A stretch of 64,000 nucleotides of DNA from Blastocladiella emersonii ATCC 22665 (Eukaryota; Fungi; Blastocladiomycota), in the NCBI GenBank assembly GCA_025594325.1, contig JANHCV010000005.1:1736001-1800000 (forward strand), read 5' to 3'. Position 1 is the stretch's first letter. Each line of letters begins with the position of its first letter. This document shows, piece after piece, positions 1 through 12,145 of the stretch. Below the pieces are notes generated by a model. The model did not search any database. It worked only from the letters and a program-made list of their open reading frames with translations, and had not been told where the DNA came from. The translations under genes were made by a program, and so were the position numbers.

Positions 1-1
1 G

Positions 2-1543
2 ATGAACGGGACGTGCGCCGCGGTGACCTACGAGTCGCAGCCCATCATCAACCGGTGCCTGCCGTCGGGCGACCTGGCGCTCGCGTTGGGGCTGGGTCTC
101 GCGGGGTCGTCGGCCGGGTCCGCGCAGACGAACGCGAGCACGAGCTCGCTGCTGACGCAGGGCATGGATTTCGCGCGGGTCTTTGTGCAGGACATGCTGA
201 CGACGTGGCCGTGGATGCTGGGCGCGCTGGGCGCGTCGGTCGTGGTGTGTTTCCTGTGGCTGCTGTGCCTGCGGGTGTTCGCGGGCGTGCTGACGTGGGT
301 GTCGCTGGTCGCCGTCGAGGGCGGGCTCGCCGGGTTCGCCTACTACACGTTCACGCTGTGGCAGGCCTCCGCCAAAACAAACGCGGCGGTCGCGTCCCCG
401 TCGGCGAGCGACGTGCAGACCGAGAAGATCAACCTCGGCCTGTTCATCTTCTGCGTGTCGCTGGCGTCGCTGTTCCTGGTGATCATGGTGGCGCTGCGCA
501 ACCGGATCCGGATCGCGATTGCGATCATCAAGGAGTCGTCGAAAGCCGTGACGGCGATGCCGCTGATCGTCGCGTTCCCGCTGATCCCGTACGTGCTGAT
601 CGTGCTGCTCACGGCCTACTACGCGATCGTCGCCGTGTACATCGAGACGTCCAACGACGTGACGGACCTCGGCAAGATCGGGATCCAGCAGTCCATTACC
701 TACATCAAGTACTTCCAGTGGTACCACCTGTTCGGGTTCCTGTGGACGCTGGCCTTCCTCGTCGCCATCAACCAGACGACGATCGCCGGCGCCATCGCGA
801 CCTGGTACTGGGCCCGCGACAAGCGCCAGATGCCGCGAACCGCGGTCCTGCGCTCGTTCTGGCGCACGGTCCGGTACTCGCTCGGCTCCCTCGCGCTCGG
901 ATCCTTCGTGATCGCGGTCACGCAGCTGATCCGGTTCGTCCTCGCGTACCTGCAGCGCCAGCTGCGCGGGTCGCCGAACAAGGCGGCCAAGTTCCTCCTC
1001 GCCTGCCTGCAGTGCTGCTTCGCGTGCCTCGAGCGGTTCCTCAAGTTCCTCAACAAGAACGCGTACATCCTGATCGCCGTCAACGGCACCTCCTTCTGCA
1101 CGTCGGCGCGGACCGCGGGCGAGCTGCTAGTGCGCAACGCGTTCCGGCTGATCGCCGTCGATTTCGTCGCCGGGTTCCTCCTCTTCCTGTCCAAAGTCGT
1201 GGTCGCGGGCGGGACCGCGTTCGGCCTGTACGCGGTCCTCAACTACACCAACTCGACCAAGGTGACGGCCGCGCAGACGGTCGGCGGCGTGTGCCTCGTG
1301 GTCCTGGTCGCGGCGTGGATGGTCGTCAGCTGCTTCTTCGGCGTTTACCGCATGGCCATCGATACCGTGTTCCTGTCGTTCTGCGAGGACTGCGAGCGCA
1401 ACGACGGGAGTCCCGCGAAACCGTACTTCATGTCCGAGGGACTCGCCGCGCTCACGTCGGTGCGGGCGACGGGCGCGCCGCTGATCGCGAACCAGGGCGG
1501 CGCGGGAGCAGCGGCGCCGGTCAAGAAGATGAAGCAGGTCTAG
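2..1543 (+). CDS. Choline transporter-like (CTL/SLC44, Pns1-family) membrane protein, 5'-truncated by the window edge
   Basis: Open frame with many TM helices and CTL motifs (RIRIAIAIIKESSKAV; AGAIATWYW; SLGSLALGSF; KFLNKNAYILIAVNGTSFCTSA; AIDTVFLSFCEDCERNDGS..PYFMS). Confidence 0.88.
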   Translation: MNGTCAAVTYESQPIINRCLPSGDLALALGLGLAGSSAGSAQTNASTSSLLTQGMDFARVFVQDMLTTWPWMLGALGASVVVCFLWLLCLRVFAGVLTWVSLVAVEGGLAGFAYYTFTLWQASAKTNAAVASPSASDVQTEKINLGLFIFCVSLASLFLVIMVALRNRIRIAIAIIKESSKAVTAMPLIVAFPLIPYVLIVLLTAYYAIVAVYIETSNDVTDLGKIGIQQSITYIKYFQWYHLFGFLWTLAFLVAINQTTIAGAIATWYWARDKRQMPRTAVLRSFWRTVRYSLGSLALGSFVIAVTQLIRFVLAYLQRQLRGSPNKAAKFLLACLQCCFACLERFLKFLNKNAYILIAVNGTSFCTSARTAGELLVRNAFRLIAVDFVAGFLLFLSKVVVAGGTAFGLYAVLNYTNSTKVTAAQTVGGVCLVVLVAAWMVVSCFFGVYRMAIDTVFLSFCEDCERNDGSPAKPYFMSEGLAALTSVRATGAPLIANQGGAGAAAPVKKMKQV

Positions 1544-1636
1544 GGGAAGGAGGATATTTGCTGTTGTTATTCGATTCCAATTACACTACTACTACTATGC
1601 TAGGGTGGGTTCCAAAAAGGCGGTGGTGGTGCTGGT

Positions 1637-3288
1637 CTACTCGTCGTCATCGTCAAAATCCTCGTCATCATCGTCATCGTCATCGTAATCCTCCTCATCC
1701 TCCTCCTCGTAACGCTCAACCTCCTCCTCTTCTTCCACATGCTGCCCTTGGCGCTGCGCCATCTGCTGCGCCCGCGCGCGGTCGCGCTGGACACTCCGCG
1801 CGTGCTCGATCGCCTGCGCAACCCGCCGCTCCTCGCCGCCACGCACGACGACGACGTACGCGGCGAGCATCGCGATGCCCGCGCCGATCGCGGCGATCGA
1901 CTGGACCGTATCGCGTGACACGGAGGACCGAGACGACGCGACCGCGGTGCGGGCGGCAGTCACGGCGCCGCGGACCGAGTCGGCGACCGCGGTGGTGAAC
2001 GGCGGGAGGTCGCGCTCGACGTGGATGTCGGCGATCCGGGCGACGCGGTACACGCGGTCGAGGTACGTGACGAGCGACGGGAACTCGGTGCGGAGGAGCG
2101 AGGCCAGGGACCGCGGGCCGAGCGGGGCCGGGGCGGGGATGCCGCGGACGGGAGTCTCGGCTTCTGCCACCGGGGTTTCGTCGGCAGAGTCGCCGGCGAG
2201 GATCGGGTAGTAGTGCAGCGCGAGGTGGCCGAACACGACGGCGTCGACGGACGTGGGCACCTCGCCGGCCATGAACTCGTTGTCGGCGAGGTACGAGGCG
2301 AGGGTGCCGTAGACGTAGCGCGCGAGCCCCAGGATCTCGTCGAGCGACCACGTGCACTCGTCGTCCTCGAGCGAGATGGAGGGGGGCTTGAAGGTGCCCG
2401 GCTGCGCCATGGGTTTCCCGTTGACGCTGCGCTGGTTGGGGAGCGAGGCGTCGGGCGTGATGCCGGTCGACGTCGCGGACACGACGCTCGGCGCAGGGAG
2501 GAGGATGTCCTCCTCGTCGATAACGCCGTCCTCGCGCACGGCGGGCAGCGCGACGGGGGTCCGCGTGCCGACGCCGACGGTCGACGCGTTGGTCGATGCG
2601 TCCGAGACGCGGCGGCGCGACGGCGTCGAGCCCGACGACGCGGACGAGCTGCGGGTGCGCGCCGTCTCAGCCGCGGACGACACGGGCGTCGGCCCAACCG
2701 CCGCCGAGCTCGTCAGCCGCACGGTCGGCCGGTCGGGCGTGAGGAGCATCGACGACCAGTCGCGCCGCTCATTCAGCCGCGCCACCACCCGCCGGCGGAC
2801 ACGACGCGTGTGGATCCAGCGCGGGACGAGCGAGAGGAGCGGGCGGAACCGGTCGGCGGTGGTCTTTGCGTTTTCGGGGTGGACGAACCACGCGTACGCG
2901 AGAATGTCGTTCAGCTTGTCGTCGAGCAGGGCGCGCAGGGCGCGCGCGTCGGCGAGGCGCTCCGGGCCGAGCGTCATGTCCAGCATCGAGGCGCGGTCCG
3001 ACTTGCGCGCGAGCACCGCGGCCAGGCCGTGGTACATGGACGTGTCGTCGCGGAGGACGGGGAGCGCGCCCGTCTCGGACAGCGCCGCGTCGTTGGTCTC
3101 CTGCACCGAGAAGCTTGCTTTGCACAGCGAGAGGAAGGTCTGGTTTGGGGGTATGTGTGAGTGGTTGTGATAGAGCAACAGGGCGTAAGAGAGCATACAA
3201 TGGCGCTCAGGCACGCCGGGTCGCACGACGGCAGCGGGCGCAGGGCGGGGCCCTCGAGCGGGCCCCAGGAGTAGACGAGCAGGCCCAT
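1637..3288 (-). CDS. Metaxin/Sam37-like mitochondrial outer-membrane protein (2 exons; intron 3140-3198)
   Basis: Spliced N-terminus MGLLVYSWGP..LPSCDPACLSAI|TFL..SETGALPVL matches the metaxin N-domain. The GST-C-like PTSVDAVVFGHLAL motif is followed by a C-terminal TM helix and an acidic tail. The GTATGC..CAG intron restores the frame. Confidence 0.75.
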
Positions 3289-3589
3289 TCTCGCTAAACA
3301 AGATGCATGGAGTGGCCTCGTGCGAGGTTCTTGGGGGTGACGAGCGGAGGGGAGAGGGAGCCGAGGGATCGGAGGCGATCAACGCAGCCCGAATCCGAAA
3401 GCGTCACCACTTGTCACGTTGCCCGCCCGCCCGCGCGTTCTTTCCTCTGCTCGGTGTGGCGCCGGCGGCAACGCGCTTCTCCCCTTCGCGCCGGTTGACT
3501 TCCCCTCCCTCCCACTTTGCTCATCGCCCCCCCTTGCATGCATCTCGTCCGCGCCGCTGCACCCGCCGCCGCGCCCTGATCCACCCACC

Positions 3590-5551
3590 ATGTCGTTCCA
3601 GTCGCGCCTGCGCGGCCTGGTCGGCGGGGGCAAGGCCGACAAGAACGACAAGCCCGACAAGCACCACAAAAAGGACAAGGACAAGAAGAAGCACGCCAAC
3701 GGCGCCGCTTCCTCGGTCGGAAACCTGCCCGCCGCGTCGAGCGACGAGGCCCACCCGCAGTCGCACCTCGGCGCATCGAGCCCGAACCTCCTCCACGCCG
3801 GCGTCGACCTGCCCATCACGGCCGACGTAAACGCGGCGACGGCGTCGGTCGCGAGCCGCGCCAACTCGGTCGATCCACTGGCCGCCGACAGCGGTCCTGC
3901 GTCGGCGGCGGCGTCGCCCGCCCTCGCAAACCACCCGCTCGACCGCCACACGTCACCGCCGCCGCCCCCGCCACCACTCTCTCTCGACGACCACGCGGCC
4001 GCCGGCGCGCACACGCGCGCCAGTACGCCGTCGCTCGCTGGGAGCGCCGAGTCGCTGACGGCTGCAGCGGCCGCCGCCTCGGACGCGGCGCACCCGCCGC
4101 TCCCCGCGGTCGAGGTCGACGGCAAGGCGCCCGCCGCTGCGCCCGCCAAAGAGGGCAAGCCAGGCAAAGAGCCCAAGGAGCCCAAAGACAAGCACGGCAA
4201 GGGCAAGCTGTCCAAGTGGAAGGACATGGCGATCCAAAAGTCGGAAAAGTGGATGGTCAAGGCCTCGGAGATGCGCCACCACGACGACCCCAAGCACGCC
4301 CACCACCGCGGCGGCAAGAAGGGCGGCCTCGAAGAGCACGCCGTCGCGCAGCGCGTCTTCTGCGCGCCGCTCGAGCTCGCCGTGGCCGCGTCGCAGATCG
4401 ACGAGACGTGCCCGCTGCCCGCGGTCGTGATCCGGTGCATCGAGTACCTCGAGGGCCGCGGCATGTACGAGGTCGGCCTGTACCGGATCCCCGGTTCCAC
4501 GTCGACCGTGACCAAGCTCAAGGGCGTGTACGACCACGGCGTGGACCTCGACCTGTTCCTCGAGGACCCGCCCGTCGACCCGCACGCCGTGGCGACGCTG
4601 CTGAAGCTGTTTCTGCGCGAGATGCCCGAGAACCTCTTGGCCGACCACCTGCCGCACTTCACGCACCTGGTCGCCACCGAGCGCGACCCGCTCCCGCTCC
4701 TCGCCGCGCTCGCCCGCCAGCTGCCCCTGCCCAACTACTACCTCCTCTCGTGGCTGTGCGCGCACCTCGCCCGCCTCGCCTACTACGCCGACGTCAACAA
4801 AATGACCCTCAACAACCTCGCCCTCATCTTCTGCCCGACCCTGCAGCTCGACTCGCAGCTGTTTTCCGTGCTCGTCGAACACTCGGTCGAGCTGTTCCCG
4901 CTCACCGAGGACGGCGCCGTACCCGACGCCATCTACCGCGGTCCTGGGAGTGCACCCCTGGAAGATGACGACGCGCACCCAGCAGAGTACGACGAGTGGG
5001 CCGCGCAGGCCGAGATGCTCGAGCTCGCCGACGGCGGCACTGCTGCTGCCGCCGTGTACTCGCCCGCGACGGCACCGCCCGAATCCCCCAAACCCGAACT
5101 CGAACCGATCACCGACCACCCGCACCGCTCGTCCAGCAACTTTGACCTGCACGCCGAGGAAATCGACCCGTCGCTCCTCGTCAGCGTGCGCGCCAAACGC
5201 GACGCCAACCACCACCACATCGTCGACGTCTCGAGCGAGTCCCCCGCGGCGGCGGCGGCGGGGCTCGACCAGGGCGAGCCCCTGTCGAGCGACCTCGCTG
5301 ACCTCTCTCCCACCACCACCGCCGCGCCGGCGCCCGCGACGGGCGTGCCGCCGCCCCGCCCCGCGTCCGCCCACAGCAACCGGTCCGCGCGCTCCGGCAG
5401 CGGCGAGGACGACGACGACGACGCCACGACGCCAAGACCGCAGGCGGTCGCGGCCGCCGTGGCCGTCGCGACGTCGTCCCCGAAACCCGCGCCGCGCCCG
5501 CTCCCGTCCCCGCCGCCGCCCGACCCGTTCGCCGACCCGAGCGGCGCGTGA
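3590..5551 (+). CDS. RhoGAP-domain protein with low-complexity flanks
   Basis: PLPAVVIRCIEYLEGRGMYEVGLYRIPG (arginine finger present), DPHAVATLLKLFLREMP, NKMTLNNLALIFCPTL. The likely start is ccaccATG at 3590. Confidence 0.9.
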   Translation: MSFQSRLRGLVGGGKADKNDKPDKHHKKDKDKKKHANGAASSVGNLPAASSDEAHPQSHLGASSPNLLHAGVDLPITADVNAATASVASRANSVDPLAADSGPASAAASPALANHPLDRHTSPPPPPPPLSLDDHAAAGAHTRASTPSLAGSAESLTAAAAAASDAAHPPLPAVEVDGKAPAAAPAKEGKPGKEPKEPKDKHGKGKLSKWKDMAIQKSEKWMVKASEMRHHDDPKHAHHRGGKKGGLEEHAVAQRVFCAPLELAVAASQIDETCPLPAVVIRCIEYLEGRGMYEVGLYRIPGSTSTVTKLKGVYDHGVDLDLFLEDPPVDPHAVATLLKLFLREMPENLLADHLPHFTHLVATERDPLPLLAALARQLPLPNYYLLSWLCAHLARLAYYADVNKMTLNNLALIFCPTLQLDSQLFSVLVEHSVELFPLTEDGAVPDAIYRGPGSAPLEDDDAHPAEYDEWAAQAEMLELADGGTAAAAVYSPATAPPESPKPELEPITDHPHRSSSNFDLHAEEIDPSLLVSVRAKRDANHHHIVDVSSESPAAAAAGLDQGEPLSSDLADLSPTTTAAPAPATGVPPPRPASAHSNRSARSGSGEDDDDDATTPRPQAVAAAVAVATSSPKPAPRPLPSPPPPDPFADPSGA

Positions 5552-5813
5552 GCGAGGGCGGGGCTCGTTAGAGTAGACGTTCCCCCTTGCTCGTTTCGGT
5601 TCTGACATGTACTGCTGCTGCCGCTCTGGTCTGGTCTTGGTATACACATAACGTACACTTGGTCGGACGGTTGCTGGCGTGAGAGAGGGAGTCACGGTTA
5701 GGTCGGAGGTCGGCGGAGGTCGCGCGCGTCGCTCCGCCGCGTCCACTCTCTCACGTCGATCCCGGCGCTTTCGGGAAACTGCAACGTCACACCTACTGCA
5801 ACGCATCTCTCCC

Positions 5814-7141
5814 ATGGCAGCAAGCTTCTTCATGAAGGCCGGCAAGGCCAAGTCCGCGGGCAGCGGGGACGCCAAGCAGGCGCCCGCGCAGCAGCCGTGG
5901 ATCGAGAAATAGTACTTGGGGGTTTGATCGTGTACTTCATCGACCTCGAGCTTACGGGCTGCGGATGTGTAGCCGGCCAAACTCAATCAACGACATCTCG
6001 TCGCAGGGCCAGGTCACGCAGGTTCTCCGCCGGACGATCGAGTCCAAGAACGTACGCCTGACGTGACTGTTTGCTGAAGGGGAAGAGCAGCTGACCCGAG
6101 GATGTGTAGCTCCCGCACCTGCTCTTCTACGGGCCGCCCGGGACCGGCAAGACGAGCACCATCCTCGCGCTGTCCAAGGAGCTGTTCGGGTACGCCCTCT
6201 CGCACGCACGCTCTACCCCGGCGACTACTCACCGCGCGCCCACGTAGCCCCGACCTGTACCGCTCGCGCATCCTCGAGCTGAACGCGTCGGACGAGCGCG
6301 GAATCGCCGTGGTGCGCGAAAAGGTCAAAAACTTCGCCAAGACCGTGGTCTCGACGGTGCCCGCCGACTCGGGGTACCCGGTCCCGCCCTACAAGATCAT
6401 CATCCTCGACGAGGCCGACTCCATGACCCCGGACGCCCAGGCCGCGCTGCGCCGCGTCATGGAAAACTACTCGAACGTGACCCGGTTCTGCCTCATCTGC
6501 AACTACGTCACCCGCATCATCGAGCCCCTCGCGTCGCGGTGCGCCAAGTTCCGGTTCACTGCCCTCGAGGCGGGCGAGGTGAGTGCCCGGCTCGCGCATA
6601 TCGCCGCGGCGGAGGGGGTGCAGGTCGATGACGAGGTACGTTTCTGGGCTCGTATCCGTGTTGATCGTGGAAACTGATGTTCGTGATCGTGTAGGCCCTC
6701 GACGCCATGATGCGCGTGTCCGAGGGCGACATGCGCAAGGCCATCATGCTGCTGCAGTCCGCGAGCCGGCTCGTCGGCTCCTCGGGCGCCGTGACCAGCG
6801 CCATCGTCCACGACATTGCCGGCGTCGTCCCGACCGCCACCATCCGCTCCCTCGCCGCCCTGTGGCACGCGAAACCCGCCGCGACCTACGCCGCCGTGTC
6901 GGGCGCCATCACCAACCTCGTCGCCGACGGATGGTCCGCGAACCAGATCACCCATCAGCTGTACGCGCTGCTCCTCGACGATGTCGAGTTGACGTCGGTC
7001 CAGAAGGCTAAGATGGCGGCGGTGTTTGGGCGCGTCGACCATTGCCTCGTCGGAGGTGCTGACGAGACGCTCCAGCTCATGGATCTCGTCCTGGAGACGT
7101 GTTTCATCGCCGCGACGGCGCCCGTCGGGTCCGCGGCGTAG
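5814..7141 (+). CDS. RFC2: Replication factor C small subunit (yeast Rfc2 / human RFC4 type), 5 exons
   Basis: Spliced PWIEKY|[19 protein letters not shown] (Walker A), [24 protein letters not shown] (Walker B), SRCAKFRF. Four GTAC..TAG introns restore the frame. Confidence 0.92.
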
Positions 7142-8747
7142 TGGGCGTGACGAGTAGAATACACGGCTGTTTTGGTTTTGTGCTCCAGACTTTCAATCTG
7201 TTCCGGTCTTGAACAGCGCGCTCACGGGCGCTTGTACACACACTTCCACGCGCTGAATCCAGGAGCGAACAAGGCCACCATGGTCGCCGACGACTCTCGG
7301 CGCTGCGAGGGAGAACAACGGAGGAACGAAACGGTCACGCTGACATGAGCCGCGCGGTTGGCGGTTCCAAAGCAAGCCGTCAGCCTCGCCCTCGGTTCGC
7401 GCTCCCCACCACTTGCACATGCATCCAATGTTGACTGATCCACGCACCACAACTTGCTGCAATGTTTATTCTGCCGCCGCGCCGCTGTTCTGGCGCCGTG
7501 TGCGCCTGGTCATGACGAGGTTTGGATCGTTGAGTGTCAAACAACTTGATCGCCGCGAGGTGATGTAAGGCCGACGAGAATGCACAGCTCTTGCCACTTC
7601 CCGTCGACTTCAGTCGAGCTTTGGGTACGCTTTCGTTGTTGCGTGTCGCAAGCCGCAAGCCGTCGGTAGCTCATGGGGCGGTGATGCTCGGTTTCGCCAG
7701 GTTCCGGGGCTTAGGCGCCTAGGATTCGACAGCGACATCAAGGGTCCCACCGCTTTCTTGCCGCGTCGACACTTGCTTGACGGTCGTGGGCGACTTCATG
7801 ACGCTCGCCGCCAGGGAAAGCACAAACTACATGCATCGCAAACGTACGGCTTATCCTGCCCGTCGCCCTCACTGCGCTCGCATCATTTAACGCTTTGCTA
7901 ACTCAACAGGCATACTCGACAATTGATAGGTTCGGTTGTGCGGGACCGCAGACGTTTATCGCTTTCTACGGTTCCGAAGCATGGTTCACAAACCATTAGC
8001 ACAATAAAACGCGAGCACAGCGGCGCGCGAGCCAGAGCATGCAAAACGCATCGGCATCGCGCTGAACTGGCAGAAACTGCAGCTACTACGCCATCAGCAT
8101 CGCCAATCACGTCAAACCCGCAGGGTCATCACTCCAAATGAACAGGTACGCTGCGCCCCAGCTCCTTGAGCCGCTGCGGGCCGACGTGAACGGAATCTCA
8201 CCCCTCGATTCGTCTTCGCCCAGACTCGTCCGAATCCATCAAGCCCGGTCCAGGATCTCGCGCACGCGTCGGCCTTCCTTCCCGCTCGACCGCGTCGCTC
8301 GCTCGCTGCGGCGGCTCCCGTGGGCGTGTCCTCGTGCGTGTCCTAGTCGACCGCCCGCTATGCGCGCGAGCCCTGATAACCCGGGCGGAGGCTGTGGGCG
8401 CACGGGATGTCGTTGAGGGCGGGAACGGGCCATTGGGCGCGTGCGCGGGGCCGTGAATCGGTCCAGATTGGGATTTGGGATCAAGCGGTTCATGGTCGGC
8501 GGAACGGGTGTCGAGGATCCGTGATAGATGCTCGGTTTTGCTCGCTTCGCGCAAATGAATGGTTCGAGTCGAGTGAATCTCTCTTGGTCACTGGCCACGA
8601 CCACGAGCCAAGCGCGACGGTGGCCAGTGTGCTTGCTGCGTTGAGCAAGCCGATGTTAACTCATCGCGAAATCGCACAGTCACAGCTCCTAGCTTTTAGT
8701 CGACATATATACACCCTTCAAGAACACGAGATCCAAAGTCACAGCGA

Positions 8748-11700
8748 CTAGCGACCAGCCGCGGCCTCGCTCTTGATCGCACGGCGGAACGGGCTCATGG
8801 CCGGCGACACGGGCTGCGCGACCCCGGATCCCTTGTCAACACCCGGCGATACCGCGTCCACGTCGTCGACAACGATCGTGGCGTCGGCCGAGGCCGCGAG
8901 CGACCGCTGCGACACGACCATGCGGTCGATGATCTTGAGGTCGGGCTCGAACCCGTCGAGGCCGTTCAGCCAGAACGTCTCCATGGTGCCCTTGCCCTTG
9001 ACGGGCACCTCGCCGCGGCGCTCGAGGTGGAACCGGGCGGCGGCGGTCGCGTCGGCGAGGCGCGAGTGCGCGGCGGCGGACAGGTGGATGCGGCTCGGCT
9101 CGCCCGTCGACTTCATGCGCGACGCCGTGTTGACCGTGTCGCCGAACAGGCAGTACCGCGGGCACTTGTTGCCGACGACGCCGGCCACGACGGGGCCCGA
9201 GTGAATCCCGACCTTGAGCTTGAGCTCGAGGTCCGGGTTCGACCGGAGCCGAATCTTGGTGATGGCGCGCGAAAAGTGCAGCGCGAGCTTGGCGATTTCG
9301 GCGGCGTGGTCGACGGTCGGGTCCGGCACCCCCGACACGCACACGTACGAGTCGCCGATCGTCTCGACCTTGTACACGTTGTAGCCCAGGGTGATCTCGT
9401 CGAAAACGCAGTACAGCGTGTCGAGCAGGTCGACGACGTCGAGCGCCGACGCGGTGCTGGCGAGCTCGCCGAACCCCTCGATCTCCGTGAACATGATGGT
9501 CGCGTCGTCAAACGACTCGGGCGGGACCACCTCGCCGCGGATCATGCGCGGCGCGATCGACCGCGGGAGCATCGAGTGGATCAGGTCCGCCGACTTGGAC
9601 CGCTCGCGCGCGAGCTGCTGGATCAGCGCCTCCATCTTGACGCGTTTGCGCTCGGCCTCGCGGTGGTTGGCCTCGCGCGCCGCCACCTCCTCGGTCAGGT
9701 CGCGCACGATCGCCGTGAACAGGTGCATGTCGTTCTCCTTGACCTCGGAAATCGACAGGTGCAGTGGGAAGTTGGTCCCGTCGCGCTTGCGGCCCGTCAC
9801 GGTGCGCCCGTGCCCGAGCGTGTACGTCTCCGAGGTCAGGTAGGTCGCGAGCTTGTCCATCTGGTCAATGTTCTCGGGCTGCAGCATGGCCACGTTGCGC
9901 CCGAGCACCTCGCCCGCCGCGTACCCGAAGATGGTCTCGGCGCGCGCGTTGAACCGCGTCAACACGCCGAGCGGTGTGATGTTGATGATCCCGTCGCCGA
10001 CCGTCTCGAGCACCGAGTTGAGCGTCTTGCGCTCCATGAGCATCTTGTGCTCGGCCTGCAGGATGTTCTCCTCCATGGCGGCCTCCTTCTCCTGCTTCGC
10101 GCGCAGCTGGTCGAGCTCGTCGACCTGGCCCTTCTTGAGCTGCCCGGCGCGCGCCTTCTGCGCGCCCTTGAGGTCCTGCACCTGCGCCGCGATCGTCGAC
10201 TCGAGCCGCGCGATATCGGCCGCGTGCTGGCATTCCTGCTCGCGCACCTGCACCGCGTGGTGCGCGCGCAGGTCCGCCAGGTCGCGCCGCATCCGCTCGA
10301 GCGCCTGCTGCAGCCGCTCCTTCTCCTCGTGCGCGACGCGGTCGGTGCCCGGCCCCGCGAGCGGCGACGACGCGGAATGCGGCGACTGCCCCGCCTTGCT
10401 GCCGCCCGACGCGCCCGTGTACCCGCTGACGTTGGCCTCGTGCAGGATCGGCGGCGGGACGGGCGCCGCGCCGTCGTCGGCGTGGATCACGTCGCTCAAG
10501 ATGTTGGGCATGAGCGGGATCGGCGGTGCCTTCGGGTTCGGGTCGATGACGCGGTGGTTCGGAATGTCGAGGAACCGCGTGATGGTGGTCTGCGGGTCCA
10601 TGTACAGCGACGTGTTGGCGACGCGCGGGTCCGGGTCGTTGAAGAAGGTGGCGTCGAGCCCGGACTCGCGCTTGAGGACCACCTTCCACTTGGAGATGCG
10701 CGCCCACCGCAGCTGGTCCTGGCGCGCGCGCACCGAGTCGGCCGCGGCCTTGTGGCGCGCCGCGACGCCCGCCATGTACTCGGCGTGCTTGAGCTGCAGG
10801 GTGACGCCCTTGAGCTGGAACTCGAGGAGGCGGATCGCCGCCTTGGACCGCTGGACCTCGCGGCGGTGCAGCTCCTGCATCTCCATAGCCTCGCGCGCCT
10901 TGGTCGCCTTGAGCGTGTGCGACTCCTCGAGCGCCTTGATCTGCAGGTCGAACATCTCCTTCATCTGGCGGATCTCGAGCGACTGCGTGTCGCGGCGCTG
11001 CTCCGACTTCTTCTTGTCAAAAGCCTTGAAGTGGTTGATGCGGAACTGGAAGTCCTTGATGCGCTCTTGGCGCGCCTCGACCGACAGGTGCGCCGTCTCG
11101 AGGTTGAAAAGCTTGCGCTTGTCGTTGAGCTCGCGCTCCGACGCCTGCGAAAACTTCTTGCGCTTCTTGGTGTGGCGCGCTTCGACCTGCTGCAGGTACT
11201 CCTCGAACGCCTGGCGGTGATCGTCCAGCATCGCCTTGACCTCGGCGTCGATGCACTGCGCCTTGTCCTGCTCCCTATACCCGCGCGCGACGATAAGTAT
11301 CAGTGGCGGTCCAAGGGCTTCAAGCACGGCGCAAAGGAGGAGAACACGTACTGGATGATGATATCGCAGTTTTTGGCCGTAAAGTTCATGTTGGCCTGCA
11401 GCACCTGGCCGCGCTGGCGCGCCTCGCGCGACTCCAGGATGGCCTTGAAGGCGCGGTGCTCGCGCTGGATCTCCTGGTCCTGGCGCGCACGGAGGCGGAG
11501 GAGCTCCTTCTCGTCCTGCTTGGCGAAGAAGGCCATCTCGGTCTACACGCGGTGTGAGTGAGCGGGGTCGGACGCGGTACAAGTTCGCGAGGCGTACCTT
11601 CTCGAGACTCGAAACCATGCCCGCGGTGATCCGGACCTCCATCTTGTTGAGGTCCGTGCGGAGCCCGTCGAACAGGCCCTTGACCGTGCTGTTCAGGTTG

Positions 11701-12145
11701 AGCCGGAACTCCTTGGTCGCATCGTTGCCGAGATTGGGCGAAACCGCGCGGCCCGCCTTGGCCTTGACCGAGTCGCCGCCCGTCACGGCACCGAAATCCG
11801 AGGCGGACTCGTCGGGACCGTCGCTGGCCGAGTCATCATCGTCGTCGTCGGACGCGATGCCGTGGTCCCAGTTCCCACCGCCGCTGTTGCCGCGCGGCAG
11901 GTCGTCGGACGACTGCCCAGCGGACCCCGAGCCGGACCCAGTCGCGGGCATGCCGAGGTTGGCCAGGGCCGCGTTCTCGGTGGCACCGACGCTGAACGTC
12001 GGCCTACACGCGGGACGCGGGACGCGAGACGGGTGAGGGATGGCCGGATCGAGGCCGGCGGCGAGACGCAACCGTACTTGAAGTTGCCGCTCTTGCGGGC
12101 GCCGGGCTTGGACAGGCCGCCGGGGACGGGTTTCGGCTGCGACAT
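8748..12145 (-). CDS. Soluble class III nucleotide cyclase (guanylyl-type): long coiled coil + FixL-like PAS + cyclase domain; at least 3 introns
   Basis: VYKVETIGDSY and PRYCLFGDTVNTASRM carry the GTP-specifying Glu/Cys. The PAS reads GDGIINIT..FNARAETIFGY..EVLGRNV..GRKRDGTNFPLHLSISE..FTAIVRDLT. GTACG..TAG introns near 12.0, 11.57 and 11.3 kb join MSQPKP.. to the long ORF. Confidence 0.88.

Noticed and set aside
1560-1740. ACT/CAT/CCT triplet runs as a distinct element
   Set aside because: They are explained by the acidic (Asp/Glu) tail of the metaxin-like gene and its 3' UTR.
7790-7858. C2H2 zinc-finger-like KPYVCDACSCAF...HEVAH on the minus strand
   Set aside because: The spacing is too short, stops lie nearby and there is no supporting gene structure; at most a tiny relic.
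13-11561. Long alternative-frame and antisense ORFs (e.g. 13-1998, 3953-5986, 9027-11561; likewise 46073-47458, 57859-59580, 61913-63223)
   Set aside because: They are Arg/Gly/Ala-rich shadows of real genes, caused by high GC3 codon bias.
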